From: Patescibacteria group bacterium | GTDB lineage: Bacteria; Patescibacteriota; Patescibacteriia; UM-FILTER-42-10 | Direction of reading: 5' to 3' | Length of the DNA stretch: 64,000 nt | NCBI GenBank assembly: GCA_041666845.1 | Contig: JBAYGC010000003.1 | Span: 25,007 to 89,006 of the forward strand | Shown: positions 7,933 through 18,874 of the stretch, piece by piece | Layout: each line of letters starts with the position of its first letter | Position numbering within the stretch: position 1 is the stretch's first letter | The notes under the pieces: generated by a model | The model's input: the letters and a program-made list of their open reading frames with translations, nothing else | Told to the model about the DNA's origin: nothing | The model's database searches: none | Translations under genes and position numbers: made by a program

Positions 7933-10900
7933 ATGAACGCTAATCATTACAACTCGAACCCGAAGAAACGGGGGAAGTTTTATCGTGTCGTCAACATTAT
8001 TGTCATGACGGCTTTTTTATTTAATATGACCGCAACTCAGGGGCTTTTAATGCTGTCCCCTGCTCAAGCGCAGGCAACACAGGACAAATATACTCTGTGC
8101 CATGCTACAGGTAGCGATACTAACCCTTGGGTTAGGATTCATGTTCCAGAGTCTGCCTTACCCGCACACCTTGATGGAAATGGCACTCCCCTGGCAGGAC
8201 ATGAAGACGATGTATATTTAGGCTTGGATAATGCCGATCTACTGCAATGTCCCACACCACCAGTAAGCTGTCCGAATGTTTTTGGGGACAATTTTGAGAG
8301 TTATTCAGTAGGCACAATTCCATTACCCTGGTCGCAAAATTATGGGGTAACAATAGAAGATATAAATGGAACGCATGAAAAAATTGCAAAAATGAATTCC
8401 AGTGAAAGTCATGATGAAGAAAGAATGTGGACCACGATTGATACTTCAGGCCGTACTAATCTAAAACTGCGTTATGATCAAAAAACTGATGGTCTTGAAA
8501 GAAATGAGCAGGATGTTTTTACCTTAAAATACAAAATCAACAGTGAATCCAGTTGGAATGTATTGTACCAAACAGATGTTAATGACAGTTGGGATCATAT
8601 GGTCTTCAACTTACCTAATGCAAACCAAATCACTATTAGCTTTGGCCTACTAGGCACAAATGAAAACGATAAGGCGTTTGTTGATAATGTAACCTTATCC
8701 GGCTGTGTTGCAAACGTATGCGGTGACGAAACAGTTGGCGGTGACGAAGAATGCGATGATGGAAATGTAAATGACGGTGACGGATGCAGTGCAACTTGTA
8801 CTATTGAAACCTGCACTGACACAGATAATGATACAATCTGTGACGATATAGATAACTGCCCATCAATACCAAACCCAAGTCAAAACGATGCCGATGCTGA
8901 TGGTGTCGGTGATGCATGTGATATGTGCGCAGGTGCCGATGATGCATTAGATAATGAAGGTGATGGAATACCAAACGGTTGTGATAATTGTCCTTGGGAA
9001 CCAAACTGGGATCAAACAGACACAGATAACGATGGTGTAGGGGACGCGTGTGATGAACCGGTTTGCGGTGATGGCAATTTAGATGAACCACAAGAAGAAT
9101 GCGACGACGGAAATGGTGAAAATGGTGACGGATGTTCCGCACAATGTACATTAACCTATAATATCCAAGGACAGAAATGGAACGATGAAGACAATGACAG
9201 TTATTGGGATGATAATGAAAGTCCTCTTGCAGGAGTAGAGATAACATTAGATGGCGGAAATAGCGGAACAGTATACACAAATGCGAACGGTGAATACGAA
9301 TTTTCCGGTTTGCTTCCAAATAACTACACCGTTTGCGAAGTAGTTCAAGATGGATGGGAACAGTCGCTACCTGGCACGGGTTCAGGAGACTGTTACGAAA
9401 TAACACTGCCCGATGACGGTCAAACCACTTATAATTTTGGCAATCATCAGATAGATAATGTTACAATCGTCGCATATAAAATTGTCTGCACAGAAGAATC
9501 CGACCTACCTAACTGGGGAAATGGCGGAGAGAACATTACTGCGGCAACTGCCCAGAATTGGGTAGACAGCCACGATTCATGTGAATTTGAATCAGATTGG
9601 AATTTCCAATGGCGTGTAGATAGTGGCAACCCATACAATCCAGGCGATAATACTGGTGAATCTGTTGGCACCGATTGGACAACATTTGGTCTTACCGATG
9701 GAAATGGAATGACATCCACTGAAATTGATTTTGATCTCGCAGACAAATTTTGGTTCCGTGAAGTTATGCAGCCAGGATATATTCCTTTCACCTATAACGT
9801 TGCAGGAAATAACAGCAATAATGTTTCAGCCGAATTCTACTGCAGCTCAGATGTCTTAAACTATGACAACTTAGAATGGATTGATAATATGACTCCGGGC
9901 GAAACATATCATTGTGTTGCCTGGAACGTTCAAGCTCAACCGACTAAAGGTGACCTGACAATCTGTAAATACAATGATGTTGACAGCGATGGTGAATATT
10001 CCGACCTGATTGACACTCCTCTGCAATGGGAAATGAATGTTGAAGCTATGTCTGGAGTAGCGGATGGTAGTATTTGGGGTACCGGTACAAACAGCGAGAC
10101 CGGTTGTGTTACGCTTGCTGATATGTGGCTCGGAGAATATCGCGTCACTGAAACAGCTGTAGACGGTTGGTCACCAACCAATCCGGTAAGCGGAGATCAA
10201 TCAATAGAACTTACTGCCGAAAACCCAGATCAGACTGTTCGATTCCTAAACGAGCAGGTTTATGACCTGCATGGTTACAAATGGAATGATTTGGACGGTG
10301 ATAGATATCCTGATTGTAATCCGGTTAAAGGAGCTGAACTGACAACAGCCGCTACTCCCCCGCTGGATTGTGAACCAAGACTTTCAGGTTGGACAATCTT
10401 TATTGATGAAAATGAAAATGGAATTCTGGATGGCGAGGAACAGTCAACTATTACTTCAGATGATCCGGAACACTTAGGCTGGTATTGGTTCGAAGATCTC
10501 CCAGCCGGCGATTATCGTGTCTGTGAAGTACAGCAGTCTGACTGGGCACAAACCTATCCTCAAACCGCTGACGGCTGTCACACAGTAACACTCCCGACAA
10601 TGACCGAAGGTGACACCTGTATTTCAGAATATGCTCTCAATGGAGTAGATAACGCGCCTTCAATCTGTAACTTTGGTAATATTCACGACAAAGGCGATTT
10701 GACAATCGTTAAATACGATGATGATGAGAATCTGATGGCCGAAGTAGAATTCCAAATTGATGGTGAAACATACTGGACTAATGGTAATGGCGAAATCGTA
10801 CTAGAAGATATTTTGACCGGCTATCACATTGTAGAAGAAATGGGCATGGATAATTATACCTTTACATCTGTAACTGGTGATAATTGCACAAACAGCAATC

Positions 10901-13296
10901 CGTCAGCCGCAAATGTTGTGGAAGACGGAACAACCTGCACATTCACCAACACCCGCAATACTGGTGATGTGAGTGGTATGAAATATGAAGATTTGAACGG
11001 TAATGGAATCCGTGATTGCGCAATTCCTGCAAAAAGTCTTGGAATAATTAATGTAAATGATTCCGAAGATCCGGAAGTGTGTGAACCAGCGCTCCCCGGT
11101 TGGACAATCAATCTTGCTTTTAACGCATGTTCTGAAAACAGCTCTGACTACGACTTGAGCAATGATGGAGAACTAGATCTCTCAGACGTTGCTATGATGG
11201 CGCAGTATCTGGAAACACCAAATAATCCGCAGGGCGACATGAATGATGACGGTTTAACGAATCAAGCTGATTTCAATTGTTTTTCCGCCATATACACTGA
11301 CAGTTCTCTGCCGGCTATTGCTGATAAGTCTGACGTGACCGATGAAGATGGTACCTACAGCTTCAAAGGTCTGACCCCTGGATCTTACAACGTCTGGGAA
11401 ACACTAGATAATAATCCTGGCGATGCTCACGGGGGTTGGATTCAAACCAGTACGCCTGTTGTCCATACCGTATTAATCGGCGCCGGTGATGAAATAACCG
11501 GTGAAGACCAAAATTTCGGTAACCAATATGTCGGTTACTGCGGTGATGAGGTTGTGAACAATGGTGAAGAATGTGATTACAATAGTAGTTATGGAGTTCC
11601 TGAAAACTACCATTGTACTCAAGAGTGCCAATTGCAGGAAGATCCTTATTACTTAGTTGATGGTTATAAATATGAAGACTTAGATGGAAATGGCACTTGG
11701 AATGAAGCATATGAACAGCCACTAAACGGCTGGGAAATCTGTTATGCCTATGAACCATTGGACAGAGTAGAAGACATTGCATTCTCATTTGACTCCTTTG
11801 CGCTCGGAATTATGGAAGATACTGATAATTGCGTAATGACCGGCAGTGGCGAAGAATGGCCAGATGGTTATTATCAATTCAAATTCTACAACCCGGGGCA
11901 TGTTACTCTAACTGAAACACCACAGCCGGGATCTGGATATACCCAGACCGAACCTGTAGCCGGAGCACCTTGGGAAATAGAAATGGCGGAAAACCCTGAG
12001 TTACCGCAGTACAACTTCGGCAACCAGCCGGACTTCAGCGTTAATATTGAAAAATCAGCCAGCGTTACTACAATCGGACAAGCTGAGCAATTCGGTTATA
12101 CCATTAACTGGGGATTAACCGGGATAATAACTGCTGATCAAGTTATAATCACTGACACTCTACCCGCTGATGTTTCATTTGTCTCTGCAACAGACAGTGG
12201 AATTTATGACAGTGGTACGCATACCGTAGCTTGGACGCTCAATAATATTGCTCCGGGAACCACCGGTAGCTTCGGTGTAACTGTTCAAGCACTAAGTAAT
12301 GTGACTAACGGCGAGGAATTGTTAAATACCGTAGATATCTTGGGAACCAAATATCTGGAAGCTCCAGCCGAAGCCAGTGCATTAGCAGGTCCGGTACTTA
12401 CCAGAATTGACCGTTCCGACACAGCAAACGCAACTGTAACCGTAGTTGTTCCGGATGTTGCCGCTCCTCTACTGCAGATTACTAAAGATGCCAGCGTGGC
12501 TACGGCTGACGCCGGCGACACTGTAACCTATACTGTAGTCGTAACCAACGTTGGCTCTGCAAAAGCGGTAAATGTCATGGTTGATGATACCCTGCCTGCC
12601 GGAATGACCTTTGTGGACGGTGGCGGAACAACTGTGGCGTTAGTACTTGGTGATATTGAGATCGGGCAGTCCAAAACAACCACTTATGACGTGAAAATAG
12701 CGGATAACGCGACGTCCGGTTCTTATGAGAACTTAGCAGTCGCTTCTGCCGACAATCATGATGATATATCGGACTCCGCGATTGTCGAGGTTGAAAACCC
12801 GGTTGTTCTGGGTGAAACCACTGAAGCGGAATTGGCACTGATCAAAACCGCCGATGTTGAATACACCAACCCGGCCGGAACAGTGGAATACACGCTGACT
12901 GTAACCAATAACGGCACGGAAGACGCCCAAAATGTCGTCCTGACTGACCAATTACCGGACGGATTCGTATTTGAAGGCACAACTGATGTCGTAAAAGTGT
13001 GGAATTTCAGCACAATCGCTGTCGGTGCAGCCGAAACCGTTACCTATAAGGCAACCGTAAACGCTAACACTACAGCAGGAATGTACGAAAACGTGGCATT
13101 AGCCAAAGCGGACAATTCCGACGATGCCGGTGCTTCTGCTATAGTAGAAGTACGTGCCGTATCGGTCTTGGGTGCGCTGGTCGATACCGGTACCACCACC
13201 CGCGACTACCTCCTGTATATCGGCGGCGTGATGCTGGTGATCTCTGGAATCTGGTTTTTTACCAGAGAAAAGAACCTGTCACACCACTCCAAGTAG
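7933..13296 (+). CDS. giant secreted surface protein (1787 aa): signal peptide, Cys-rich repeat, TSP type-3 Ca-binding repeats, SdrD/Cna B-like domains, dockerin-like repeat, DUF11 repeats, C-terminal LVDTG sorting-like signal plus TM plus basic tail
   Basis: Signal peptide ..LLMLSPAQA; C-x-DGN-x-DGDGCS repeat; D-x-D-x-DG-x-x-D-x-C/DNCP repeats; multiple [14 protein letters not shown] SdrD-B-like modules; [16 protein letters not shown] dockerin-like; [29 protein letters not shown]11 repeats; C-terminus [32 protein letters not shown]. Confidence 0.8.
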   Translation: MNANHYNSNPKKRGKFYRVVNIIVMTAFLFNMTATQGLLMLSPAQAQATQDKYTLCHATGSDTNPWVRIHVPESALPAHLDGNGTPLAGHEDDVYLGLDNADLLQCPTPPVSCPNVFGDNFESYSVGTIPLPWSQNYGVTIEDINGTHEKIAKMNSSESHDEERMWTTIDTSGRTNLKLRYDQKTDGLERNEQDVFTLKYKINSESSWNVLYQTDVNDSWDHMVFNLPNANQITISFGLLGTNENDKAFVDNVTLSGCVANVCGDETVGGDEECDDGNVNDGDGCSATCTIETCTDTDNDTICDDIDNCPSIPNPSQNDADADGVGDACDMCAGADDALDNEGDGIPNGCDNCPWEPNWDQTDTDNDGVGDACDEPVCGDGNLDEPQEECDDGNGENGDGCSAQCTLTYNIQGQKWNDEDNDSYWDDNESPLAGVEITLDGGNSGTVYTNANGEYEFSGLLPNNYTVCEVVQDGWEQSLPGTGSGDCYEITLPDDGQTTYNFGNHQIDNVTIVAYKIVCTEESDLPNWGNGGENITAATAQNWVDSHDSCEFESDWNFQWRVDSGNPYNPGDNTGESVGTDWTTFGLTDGNGMTSTEIDFDLADKFWFREVMQPGYIPFTYNVAGNNSNNVSAEFYCSSDVLNYDNLEWIDNMTPGETYHCVAWNVQAQPTKGDLTICKYNDVDSDGEYSDLIDTPLQWEMNVEAMSGVADGSIWGTGTNSETGCVTLADMWLGEYRVTETAVDGWSPTNPVSGDQSIELTAENPDQTVRFLNEQVYDLHGYKWNDLDGDRYPDCNPVKGAELTTAATPPLDCEPRLSGWTIFIDENENGILDGEEQSTITSDDPEHLGWYWFEDLPAGDYRVCEVQQSDWAQTYPQTADGCHTVTLPTMTEGDTCISEYALNGVDNAPSICNFGNIHDKGDLTIVKYDDDENLMAEVEFQIDGETYWTNGNGEIVLEDILTGYHIVEEMGMDNYTFTSVTGDNCTNSNPSAANVVEDGTTCTFTNTRNTGDVSGMKYEDLNGNGIRDCAIPAKSLGIINVNDSEDPEVCEPALPGWTINLAFNACSENSSDYDLSNDGELDLSDVAMMAQYLETPNNPQGDMNDDGLTNQADFNCFSAIYTDSSLPAIADKSDVTDEDGTYSFKGLTPGSYNVWETLDNNPGDAHGGWIQTSTPVVHTVLIGAGDEITGEDQNFGNQYVGYCGDEVVNNGEECDYNSSYGVPENYHCTQECQLQEDPYYLVDGYKYEDLDGNGTWNEAYEQPLNGWEICYAYEPLDRVEDIAFSFDSFALGIMEDTDNCVMTGSGEEWPDGYYQFKFYNPGHVTLTETPQPGSGYTQTEPVAGAPWEIEMAENPELPQYNFGNQPDFSVNIEKSASVTTIGQAEQFGYTINWGLTGIITADQVIITDTLPADVSFVSATDSGIYDSGTHTVAWTLNNIAPGTTGSFGVTVQALSNVTNGEELLNTVDILGTKYLEAPAEASALAGPVLTRIDRSDTANATVTVVVPDVAAPLLQITKDASVATADAGDTVTYTVVVTNVGSAKAVNVMVDDTLPAGMTFVDGGGTTVALVLGDIEIGQSKTTTYDVKIADNATSGSYENLAVASADNHDDISDSAIVEVENPVVLGETTEAELALIKTADVEYTNPAGTVEYTLTVTNNGTEDAQNVVLTDQLPDGFVFEGTTDVVKVWNFSTIAVGAAETVTYKATVNANTTAGMYENVALAKADNSDDAGASAIVEVRAVSVLGALVDTGTTTRDYLLYIGGVMLVISGIWFFTREKNLSHHSK

Positions 13297-13316
13297 GCTA
13301 GAATCTTCGGACTTTA

Positions 13317-13357
13317 AACACCCCCACACCCATTAATGGGTTTGGGGGTGTTTTGAT
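13317..13357 (+). terminator. rho-independent terminator of the first giant gene
   Basis: aaCACCCCCACACCC-atta-aTGGGTTTGGGGGTGtttt hairpin plus T-run, 20 nt after the stop. Confidence 0.7.
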
Positions 13358-13703
13358 TTACCGGATTAATCTACTTGCCAAAATTAGATGAAATATGGTC
13401 TAGCCTATTGACAAAAAAACTGTAAACTGTAAGATGTAGGAGCTATAAATAGTTCTTTAGGCGTTGCACATTATCATGGAGGAAGAACACGAGCTTATGC
13501 TAGTGTTTGGGGGGAATAGAAAACCAACAAAAGGTTATAAAAAAACCAAAATAAAAGAGTACTAGAAGCATACACCTTTGAAAATCGCTATATTTAGCGA
13601 ATTTGTAACTTGTTGTTGGTTTTTTGTATTCATAAAAAACCTTGCAAATTAGCACATTTAATATGAAATAATTCCCTCTTGATAGGGACTAGAAACAAGA
13701 ATA

Positions 13704-13804
13704 GTTCCTGAGCGCCTGTGGTGAGCACAGTCGAACCAAAGTCGAAGGACAATATAACAAATACTTCGACAGAGTTTATCCCGATGAATATCGGGACTCA
13801 GGGG
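13704..13804 (+). repeat. copy C of the palindromic repeat element, 30 nt upstream of the second giant gene
   Basis: aGTTCCTGAGCGcctgtgGTGAGcacaGTCGAAccaaaGTCGAAGGACaat..aCTTCGAcag..gACTCAGGGGATAATt. Confidence 0.6.
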
Positions 13805-13833
13805 ATAATTAAAAAATAATTTACCAAAATACA

Positions 13834-16800
13834 ATGAAAATTAATCTACTACCTAAGAAGAAAGCGGTATGGAAAATGACCTATAAATCATTCCATATTG
13901 TTGCGTTAATTGCCCTAATATTTAATATGTCTTCAGTTGGGGTATTTTTTACCCCGAATACAGCTCTTGCTGCCGAAAAAACATCGGAAACAGTTGATAA
14001 AACCACCTGTGCGGAAGGTGAAAAATGCGAAGATACCGGCACAATCCTGATCAAAAAATTCCTGGATCTGGATAGGGATGGCGTTCGTGATACCAATGAA
14101 ACATTACTGCCAAACTGGCATTTTACTATTGTAAACGGTGCATATAGTACTGAAGGTGCTACCAACAGTGAAGGTGTGCTGACTCTACTTGATATGCCAA
14201 TTGGTACCTACCAGGTAACTGAAACACTGCAGCCGGGCTGGACTAATACCACACCCCTGACCCAGTCAGCAGTTGTTACGAAGGACAACACAACTATTCT
14301 GCATTTCGGTAATATTGAGCAACATATTGGAAACCTCAGAATCAAGAAATATAACGACTTAAACAGTGATGGCGTCAAACAGACAAACGAACCGTATATG
14401 ACCGGCTGGCATTTTGACGTTACACAAAACGGCCAATTTATTGCTGACGGTAATACCGGAGAAGACGGTGATTGGCTGATTATTGAAAACCTGCCGGTTG
14501 GAATATATACAGTTACAGAAACCCAGCAGGACGGGTGGATAAATACTGATCCGGGCACCAACCCAATCAAGAAAGATGTTAATGTTACAGAAAATACTAT
14601 TACATATCCCACAAATGTGTGGTTCGGTAATGCTGAAATTCCAGGCGAATGCAAATTGGAAATAACAAAATCAGTAAATAAGACCGAAGCAGAGCCTGGC
14701 GATACGCTGGAATACACTTTGTCCTATGAAAACGTCGGAACAGCAGACTGCACCGGTGGTGGAGTACAGCTTTTTGACAATCTGGACAGCAGGCTGACAT
14801 ACAACGGCACTCACTCACAGGATAATACCGATCATGATATAACCTTTGAAGGTAATTTTGACGGAACTGATCCGGTAGCCAATGCACACGTGGTCAGTCC
14901 GGGCGAATCCGGTCATGTCACATTTCAGGCAACTATCACTGAAGATCTGAAGTGCGGTGAAAATAATATTCCGAATAAATACAGAATCTGGAGCAATGAA
15001 ACCGGTGATATCTGGAGCAATGAAGTGAACACAAGCGTTTACAAAGAATGCTACGGATCACTGAAAGTTATCAAGCATGTTGATTTCGGTGAAGCAACAC
15101 CTGATATGTGGGAATTTACAGTTCCGGGATACGGAACCCAGTCCCCTATTGACGGTCAAGATTATGTGATCTTCTCCCAGCTTCCTGAAGGACTATACTC
15201 AGCAACAGAAAGCACAATCCCCGGTTACCATCAGGTATCTTCTACCTGCAACAACGTACAGGTAAACCCGGGCGAACAGGCAGAATGCGTCTTCCACAAT
15301 ACCAAGGATACTTTCTGCAAAATGAATTTCACAAAATCTGTTGATAAAGAAAATGCATTACCAGGCGATGTCGTTACCTATACTCTGAATTATGAAAACA
15401 CCGGCGACGCAGACTGCACCGGTGGTGGCGTGAAAATATATGATGATCTGGATAATAAATTAACCTATGTCGATAATTCTCTTACCGGTAATGAATACAA
15501 CGGTAATGGCGACGGAATATCTCTGTTCGAAGAATTCGACGGCGTTAATCCGCTGGCCAACGCACATGAAGTAATCCCCGGTGAATCGGGTGTCATTACC
15601 TTCCAGGCAACAATTACCGATGATTTGGAATGCGGTGAAACCATCATCCCGAACAAAGCCAAACTCTGGAGTAATGAAACAGGGTATTTCTGGAGTAATG
15701 AAGTAAACACAACTGTCTTCAATCAATGCTACGGATCGTTGAAGGTAATCAAATACGTGGATGAAGGCGATGCAACTCCTGATATGTGGGACTTCACGAT
15801 TGCCGAACACGGGACACTGTCCCCTGCTGAAGGCGATAACTATGTTGTCTTCACACAGATGCCGGAAGGATTCTATGCGGCATCAGAGAGCAATCTGGCG
15901 GGCTACCACCAGGTATCCTCAACCTGCGATAATGTTGAAGTTATCACTGGCCAACAGGCGGTTTGCGAAATCCACAACACAGTTGATCACTATGATATTA
16001 ACGGATACAAATGGAACGATCTGAACGGCAACGGTGAATGGGATCAGAGTGAACCGGGAAAATCCGGTTGGACAATCAATCTGAATACTTTTGAAGGAAC
16101 CCTTCTGGATTCAACCGTTACCTCAGATAATAACGAAGATCTTGGTCACTATGAATTCTCCGATTTACTACCTGGCATCTACCAGGTTTGCGAAGCGCAA
16201 AGTGAAGGCTGGTACCAGACCTATCCGTCCGAAAACAACGGCTGCCATTTTATCTACCTCGGACCAAATGCCGATAATGAAGTAATGTCCTATAACTTCG
16301 GTAACACTGGTTATGGTGAAATTTCCGGAGCAAAATTTGACGATGCCAATGGTAATCACATCTGGGATACCGGCGAACCGGGACTGGAAGACTGGACCAT
16401 AGCGCTCCAATCCAGCTGTTCTGAAGTATTTGCTGACTACGACTTAGAATCTGATTCGGTAATCAACCTGTCAGATGTAAGCCTGTTTGCTGAAAAATAC
16501 GCCCTAGGCAATACACTAGTTGATCTAAACGGTGATGCGGTCGTGAATAACTATGACCTTAACTGCTTCAAAAACGTACTCAGCGCGACCCCGGAAACTA
16601 TGACGGAAAATCCGATCATTACAAAGACAACTGATGCTAGCGGTTATTATCAATTTACCGGTTTGGAAACAGGCGCGTACAATGTATCTGAAGTACAGCA
16701 GACCGGCTGGGCACAAACATTCCCAGAGAGTAACGGAGGCGCTTACGGACCGATTGTTATTACTTCCGGAAAAGTATCAACCGATAATGACTTCGGTAAC

Positions 16801-17691
16801 CGAAGAATCCCGACTAAAGTAAAAGACCCGATCCTGACGATTACCAAAGATGTCAATGTTGCATTCGCCAATCCAGAAGATACTGTTAAATACACCGTGG
16901 TTGTATCCAATATTGGTGAAGCGACAGCTATCAACGTAGTAATGACCGACGTCCTACCAAAAGGATTAACCTATCCGGAAGGCGGCACAACCAAAACTTT
17001 CTCACTGGGTGACATCGAACCGGGTAAATCCGTAACCAAGACTTACGACGCAGTTGTTGGTAAAGACACTAAAAAGGGAAATTATGTAAATACCGCCACT
17101 GCTAAAGCTGATAATCATGATGAAGTATCCGACGACGCTACGTTGGAAGTCAGGATTCCTGAAGTCAAAGGTGAAACCACGCCGGAACTGGAAATTACAA
17201 AAGAAGTAAATGTTGAATTCGCCAATCCCGGTGACGTAATCTCCTACACCATTACTGTAAAGAACGTTGGCGATGGCGAGGCAATCAATGTTATACTGAC
17301 TGACAGACTACCTGAAGGATTCGTCTATGACGGAACAGATGAAGTGGTTAAAGTATGGAACCTGGGCGATATGGCGCCGAATGCTGTAAAAACAATAACT
17401 TACGCGGTAAAAGTACAAAGCAATGTAACTGCCGGTGTCTACGAAAACCTGGCAGTAGTAGGAGCGGATAATGCTGCTGATAAATCAGCAAAAGCAGATG
17501 TGGAAGTAAGATTAATTTCAGTATTAGGCGCTGACTTGCCTGATACCGGAACCTCCACAATTGATTATCTGTACTACCTAATTGGAATAGTCACATTCAT
17601 TCTTGGCTTATGGACAATACAGCGAAAAAATTCCGGGAAATCAATCGGAAAGCAAATAAGCGCAATCCAAACTCTCGCAAGAAAGCGGTAA
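13834..17691 (+). CDS. giant LPXTG-anchored surface protein (1285 aa), paralogous to 7933..13296; contains a ~225-aa internal tandem duplication
   Basis: Signal peptide; SdrD/Cna B-like modules (NGYKWNDLNGNGEWD); dockerin-like DYDLESDSVINLSDVSLF; DUF11 repeats; canonical sorting signal LPDTG (17536-17550) plus hydrophobic segment plus QRKNSGK. Tandem units 14650-15315 and 15316-15987 share CKxxxTKSV..CTGGGV..GESG.TFQATIT..SNETG..WSNEVNT..CYGSLKVIK. Confidence 0.8.
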   Translation: MKINLLPKKKAVWKMTYKSFHIVALIALIFNMSSVGVFFTPNTALAAEKTSETVDKTTCAEGEKCEDTGTILIKKFLDLDRDGVRDTNETLLPNWHFTIVNGAYSTEGATNSEGVLTLLDMPIGTYQVTETLQPGWTNTTPLTQSAVVTKDNTTILHFGNIEQHIGNLRIKKYNDLNSDGVKQTNEPYMTGWHFDVTQNGQFIADGNTGEDGDWLIIENLPVGIYTVTETQQDGWINTDPGTNPIKKDVNVTENTITYPTNVWFGNAEIPGECKLEITKSVNKTEAEPGDTLEYTLSYENVGTADCTGGGVQLFDNLDSRLTYNGTHSQDNTDHDITFEGNFDGTDPVANAHVVSPGESGHVTFQATITEDLKCGENNIPNKYRIWSNETGDIWSNEVNTSVYKECYGSLKVIKHVDFGEATPDMWEFTVPGYGTQSPIDGQDYVIFSQLPEGLYSATESTIPGYHQVSSTCNNVQVNPGEQAECVFHNTKDTFCKMNFTKSVDKENALPGDVVTYTLNYENTGDADCTGGGVKIYDDLDNKLTYVDNSLTGNEYNGNGDGISLFEEFDGVNPLANAHEVIPGESGVITFQATITDDLECGETIIPNKAKLWSNETGYFWSNEVNTTVFNQCYGSLKVIKYVDEGDATPDMWDFTIAEHGTLSPAEGDNYVVFTQMPEGFYAASESNLAGYHQVSSTCDNVEVITGQQAVCEIHNTVDHYDINGYKWNDLNGNGEWDQSEPGKSGWTINLNTFEGTLLDSTVTSDNNEDLGHYEFSDLLPGIYQVCEAQSEGWYQTYPSENNGCHFIYLGPNADNEVMSYNFGNTGYGEISGAKFDDANGNHIWDTGEPGLEDWTIALQSSCSEVFADYDLESDSVINLSDVSLFAEKYALGNTLVDLNGDAVVNNYDLNCFKNVLSATPETMTENPIITKTTDASGYYQFTGLETGAYNVSEVQQTGWAQTFPESNGGAYGPIVITSGKVSTDNDFGNRRIPTKVKDPILTITKDVNVAFANPEDTVKYTVVVSNIGEATAINVVMTDVLPKGLTYPEGGTTKTFSLGDIEPGKSVTKTYDAVVGKDTKKGNYVNTATAKADNHDEVSDDATLEVRIPEVKGETTPELEITKEVNVEFANPGDVISYTITVKNVGDGEAINVILTDRLPEGFVYDGTDEVVKVWNLGDMAPNAVKTITYAVKVQSNVTAGVYENLAVVGADNAADKSAKADVEVRLISVLGADLPDTGTSTIDYLYYLIGIVTFILGLWTIQRKNSGKSIGKQISAIQTLARKR

Positions 17692-18260
17692 GAATTAGTG
17701 CGTTTATTGCGATTGGAGTTGGGGTAGTTATACTAGCTTATCCTTTTATCCCCTCCGTCCGGTTCCTACTGTTCCCGCCAAAAATCAATCCGCAAGTAAT
17801 TGATGATTCAAAAGAACTGGTTTCGGGACTACCGCTGTCAGCAGATAAACAAATCAGCGAAGACTATTCCGGCAATCGGCTAATTATTCCTAAGATAGGA
17901 GTAAATGCCAAGGTAGTCGAAGGCGAAAACGATCAGGCACTGCTTAGGGGCGCGTGGCGCATGCCACAGACCTCCACTCCTGATAAGGGGGGTAATACGG
18001 TCATTACCGGCCATCGTTTCCGTTTCCGGCCACCAAACAACACAACTTTCTATTTACTCGACAAGCTTGAGCAAGGCGACAAAATAGCTGTTGTTTGGGA
18101 AGGAAAAGAGTACTATTACCGGGTAATCGAAACCAAAGTAGTAACCCCGGACCAGGTGGAAGTGATTAACGCCACCAATGACCCGATCCTTACTCTATTT
18201 ACCTGTACTCCCCTGTTTACCTCCCAGAAAAGGCTGGTTGTCATCAGTGAGCTGATCTAA
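17610..18260 (+). CDS. srt: sortase (transpeptidase), membrane-anchored; overlaps the substrate gene by 82 nt
   Basis: N-terminal basic stretch plus TM; conserved His (VITGHRF), active-site TLFTC (TLxTC) motif and downstream Arg (KRLVV). Confidence 0.8.
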   Translation: MDNTAKKFREINRKANKRNPNSRKKAVRISAFIAIGVGVVILAYPFIPSVRFLLFPPKINPQVIDDSKELVSGLPLSADKQISEDYSGNRLIIPKIGVNAKVVEGENDQALLRGAWRMPQTSTPDKGGNTVITGHRFRFRPPNNTTFYLLDKLEQGDKIAVVWEGKEYYYRVIETKVVTPDQVEVINATNDPILTLFTCTPLFTSQKRLVVISELI

Positions 18261-18288
18261 TCTCAGCAAAATATTACCTAAATTACAA

Positions 18289-18320
18289 CAGTCCCGCATC
18301 CGCGGGACTGTTTTGGTTTT
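18289..18320 (+). terminator. rho-independent terminator after sortase (CAGTCCCGC-atc-CGCGGGACTG + TTTTGGTTTT)
   Basis: Perfect 9-bp GC-rich stem with T-run. Confidence 0.7.
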
Positions 18321-18360
18321 AGATCTTATCTCAACCTCAATTAATCGGTTCGGGGGTTGA

Positions 18361-18417
18361 CCCCGTTAGAGGATTTCCTCTAACGGGGTTGACAAATATT
18401 TTATTATATGGTAATAT
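18361..18417 (+). promoter_or_regulatory. perfect 12-bp inverted repeat CCCCGTTAGAGG-ATTT-CCTCTAACGGGG abutting a sigma70-like promoter (-35 TTGACA 18389-18394, 17-nt spacer, -10 TAATAT 18412-18417) of the receiver gene; flanked by direct GGGGTTGAC repeats
   Basis: Seen directly in sequence. The palindrome shares its CCCGTTAG/CTAACGGG half-sites with the mltG and asnS leaders. Confidence 0.5.
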
Positions 18418-18470
18418 TGATTGTTGAATCAAAATAACGTAATATTAAAGTACGTTAATAAATAACTTTA

Positions 18471-18848
18471 ATGTACATGGTCAAAAAAAAGATATTAGTT
18501 ATTGAAGACGAACGGCCGCTTTTAAATGCCCTTTCAGCAAAACTCCAAGTGGAAGGGTTCGAAGTAATTGAAGCGGAAAATGGGGAGTTGGGCCTAAAAC
18601 TAGCTCTGAGTAAACAGCCGGATCTGATTCTCTTAGATATAATTCTGCCGAAGATGGATGGTATAACAGTACTGGAGCATTTGCGAGAAAATACCTGGGG
18701 TAAAACCGCAAAAGTAATTATTCTTTCTAACTTGAATGACTGGAATAATACCAGTTCCGCAGTGAATCTCAATGTTCACGACTATCTGGTAAAGTCAGAC
18801 TGGCAGATAAAAGATGTCATTAAAAAGGTAAAAAGTAAACTTAAGTAA
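18471..18848 (+). CDS. stand-alone response-regulator receiver domain (CheY-like)
   Basis: KILVIEDE..DLILLDIILPKMDG..KVIILSN.. receiver motifs with phospho-acceptor Asp; no output domain (125 aa). Confidence 0.8.
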   Translation: MYMVKKKILVIEDERPLLNALSAKLQVEGFEVIEAENGELGLKLALSKQPDLILLDIILPKMDGITVLEHLRENTWGKTAKVIILSNLNDWNNTSSAVNLNVHDYLVKSDWQIKDVIKKVKSKLK

Positions 18849-18874
18849 TATATTTTTAGATCAAGCTGAACGTA

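Noticed and set aside
8801-9406. 201-aa His/Arg-rich ORF antisense to the first giant gene, plus many other 60-170-aa ORFs on the strand opposite to long genes (for example 9447-9791, 11363-11788, 14208-14717, 55683-56195, 36577-37005)
   Set aside because: They lie entirely inside well-supported long genes on the other strand. Their compositions are low-complexity mirror images of the sense-strand codon bias. They have no motifs or plausible starts, so they are treated as frame-shadow ORFs.
2270-13804. Hammerhead/twister-type self-cleaving ribozyme as the identity of the palindromic repeat
   Set aside because: The hammerhead core CUGANGA...GAAA is not present (CUGAGCG instead). No other ribozyme consensus could be matched by eye. 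This needs a covariance-model search.
17610-17691. Alternative, non-overlapping start for the sortase gene
   Set aside because: There is no ATG/GTG/TTG in frame between the giant-gene stop (17691) and the TM segment. The ATG at 17610 gives the expected basic-N-terminus-plus-TM topology, so the 82-nt overlap is accepted.
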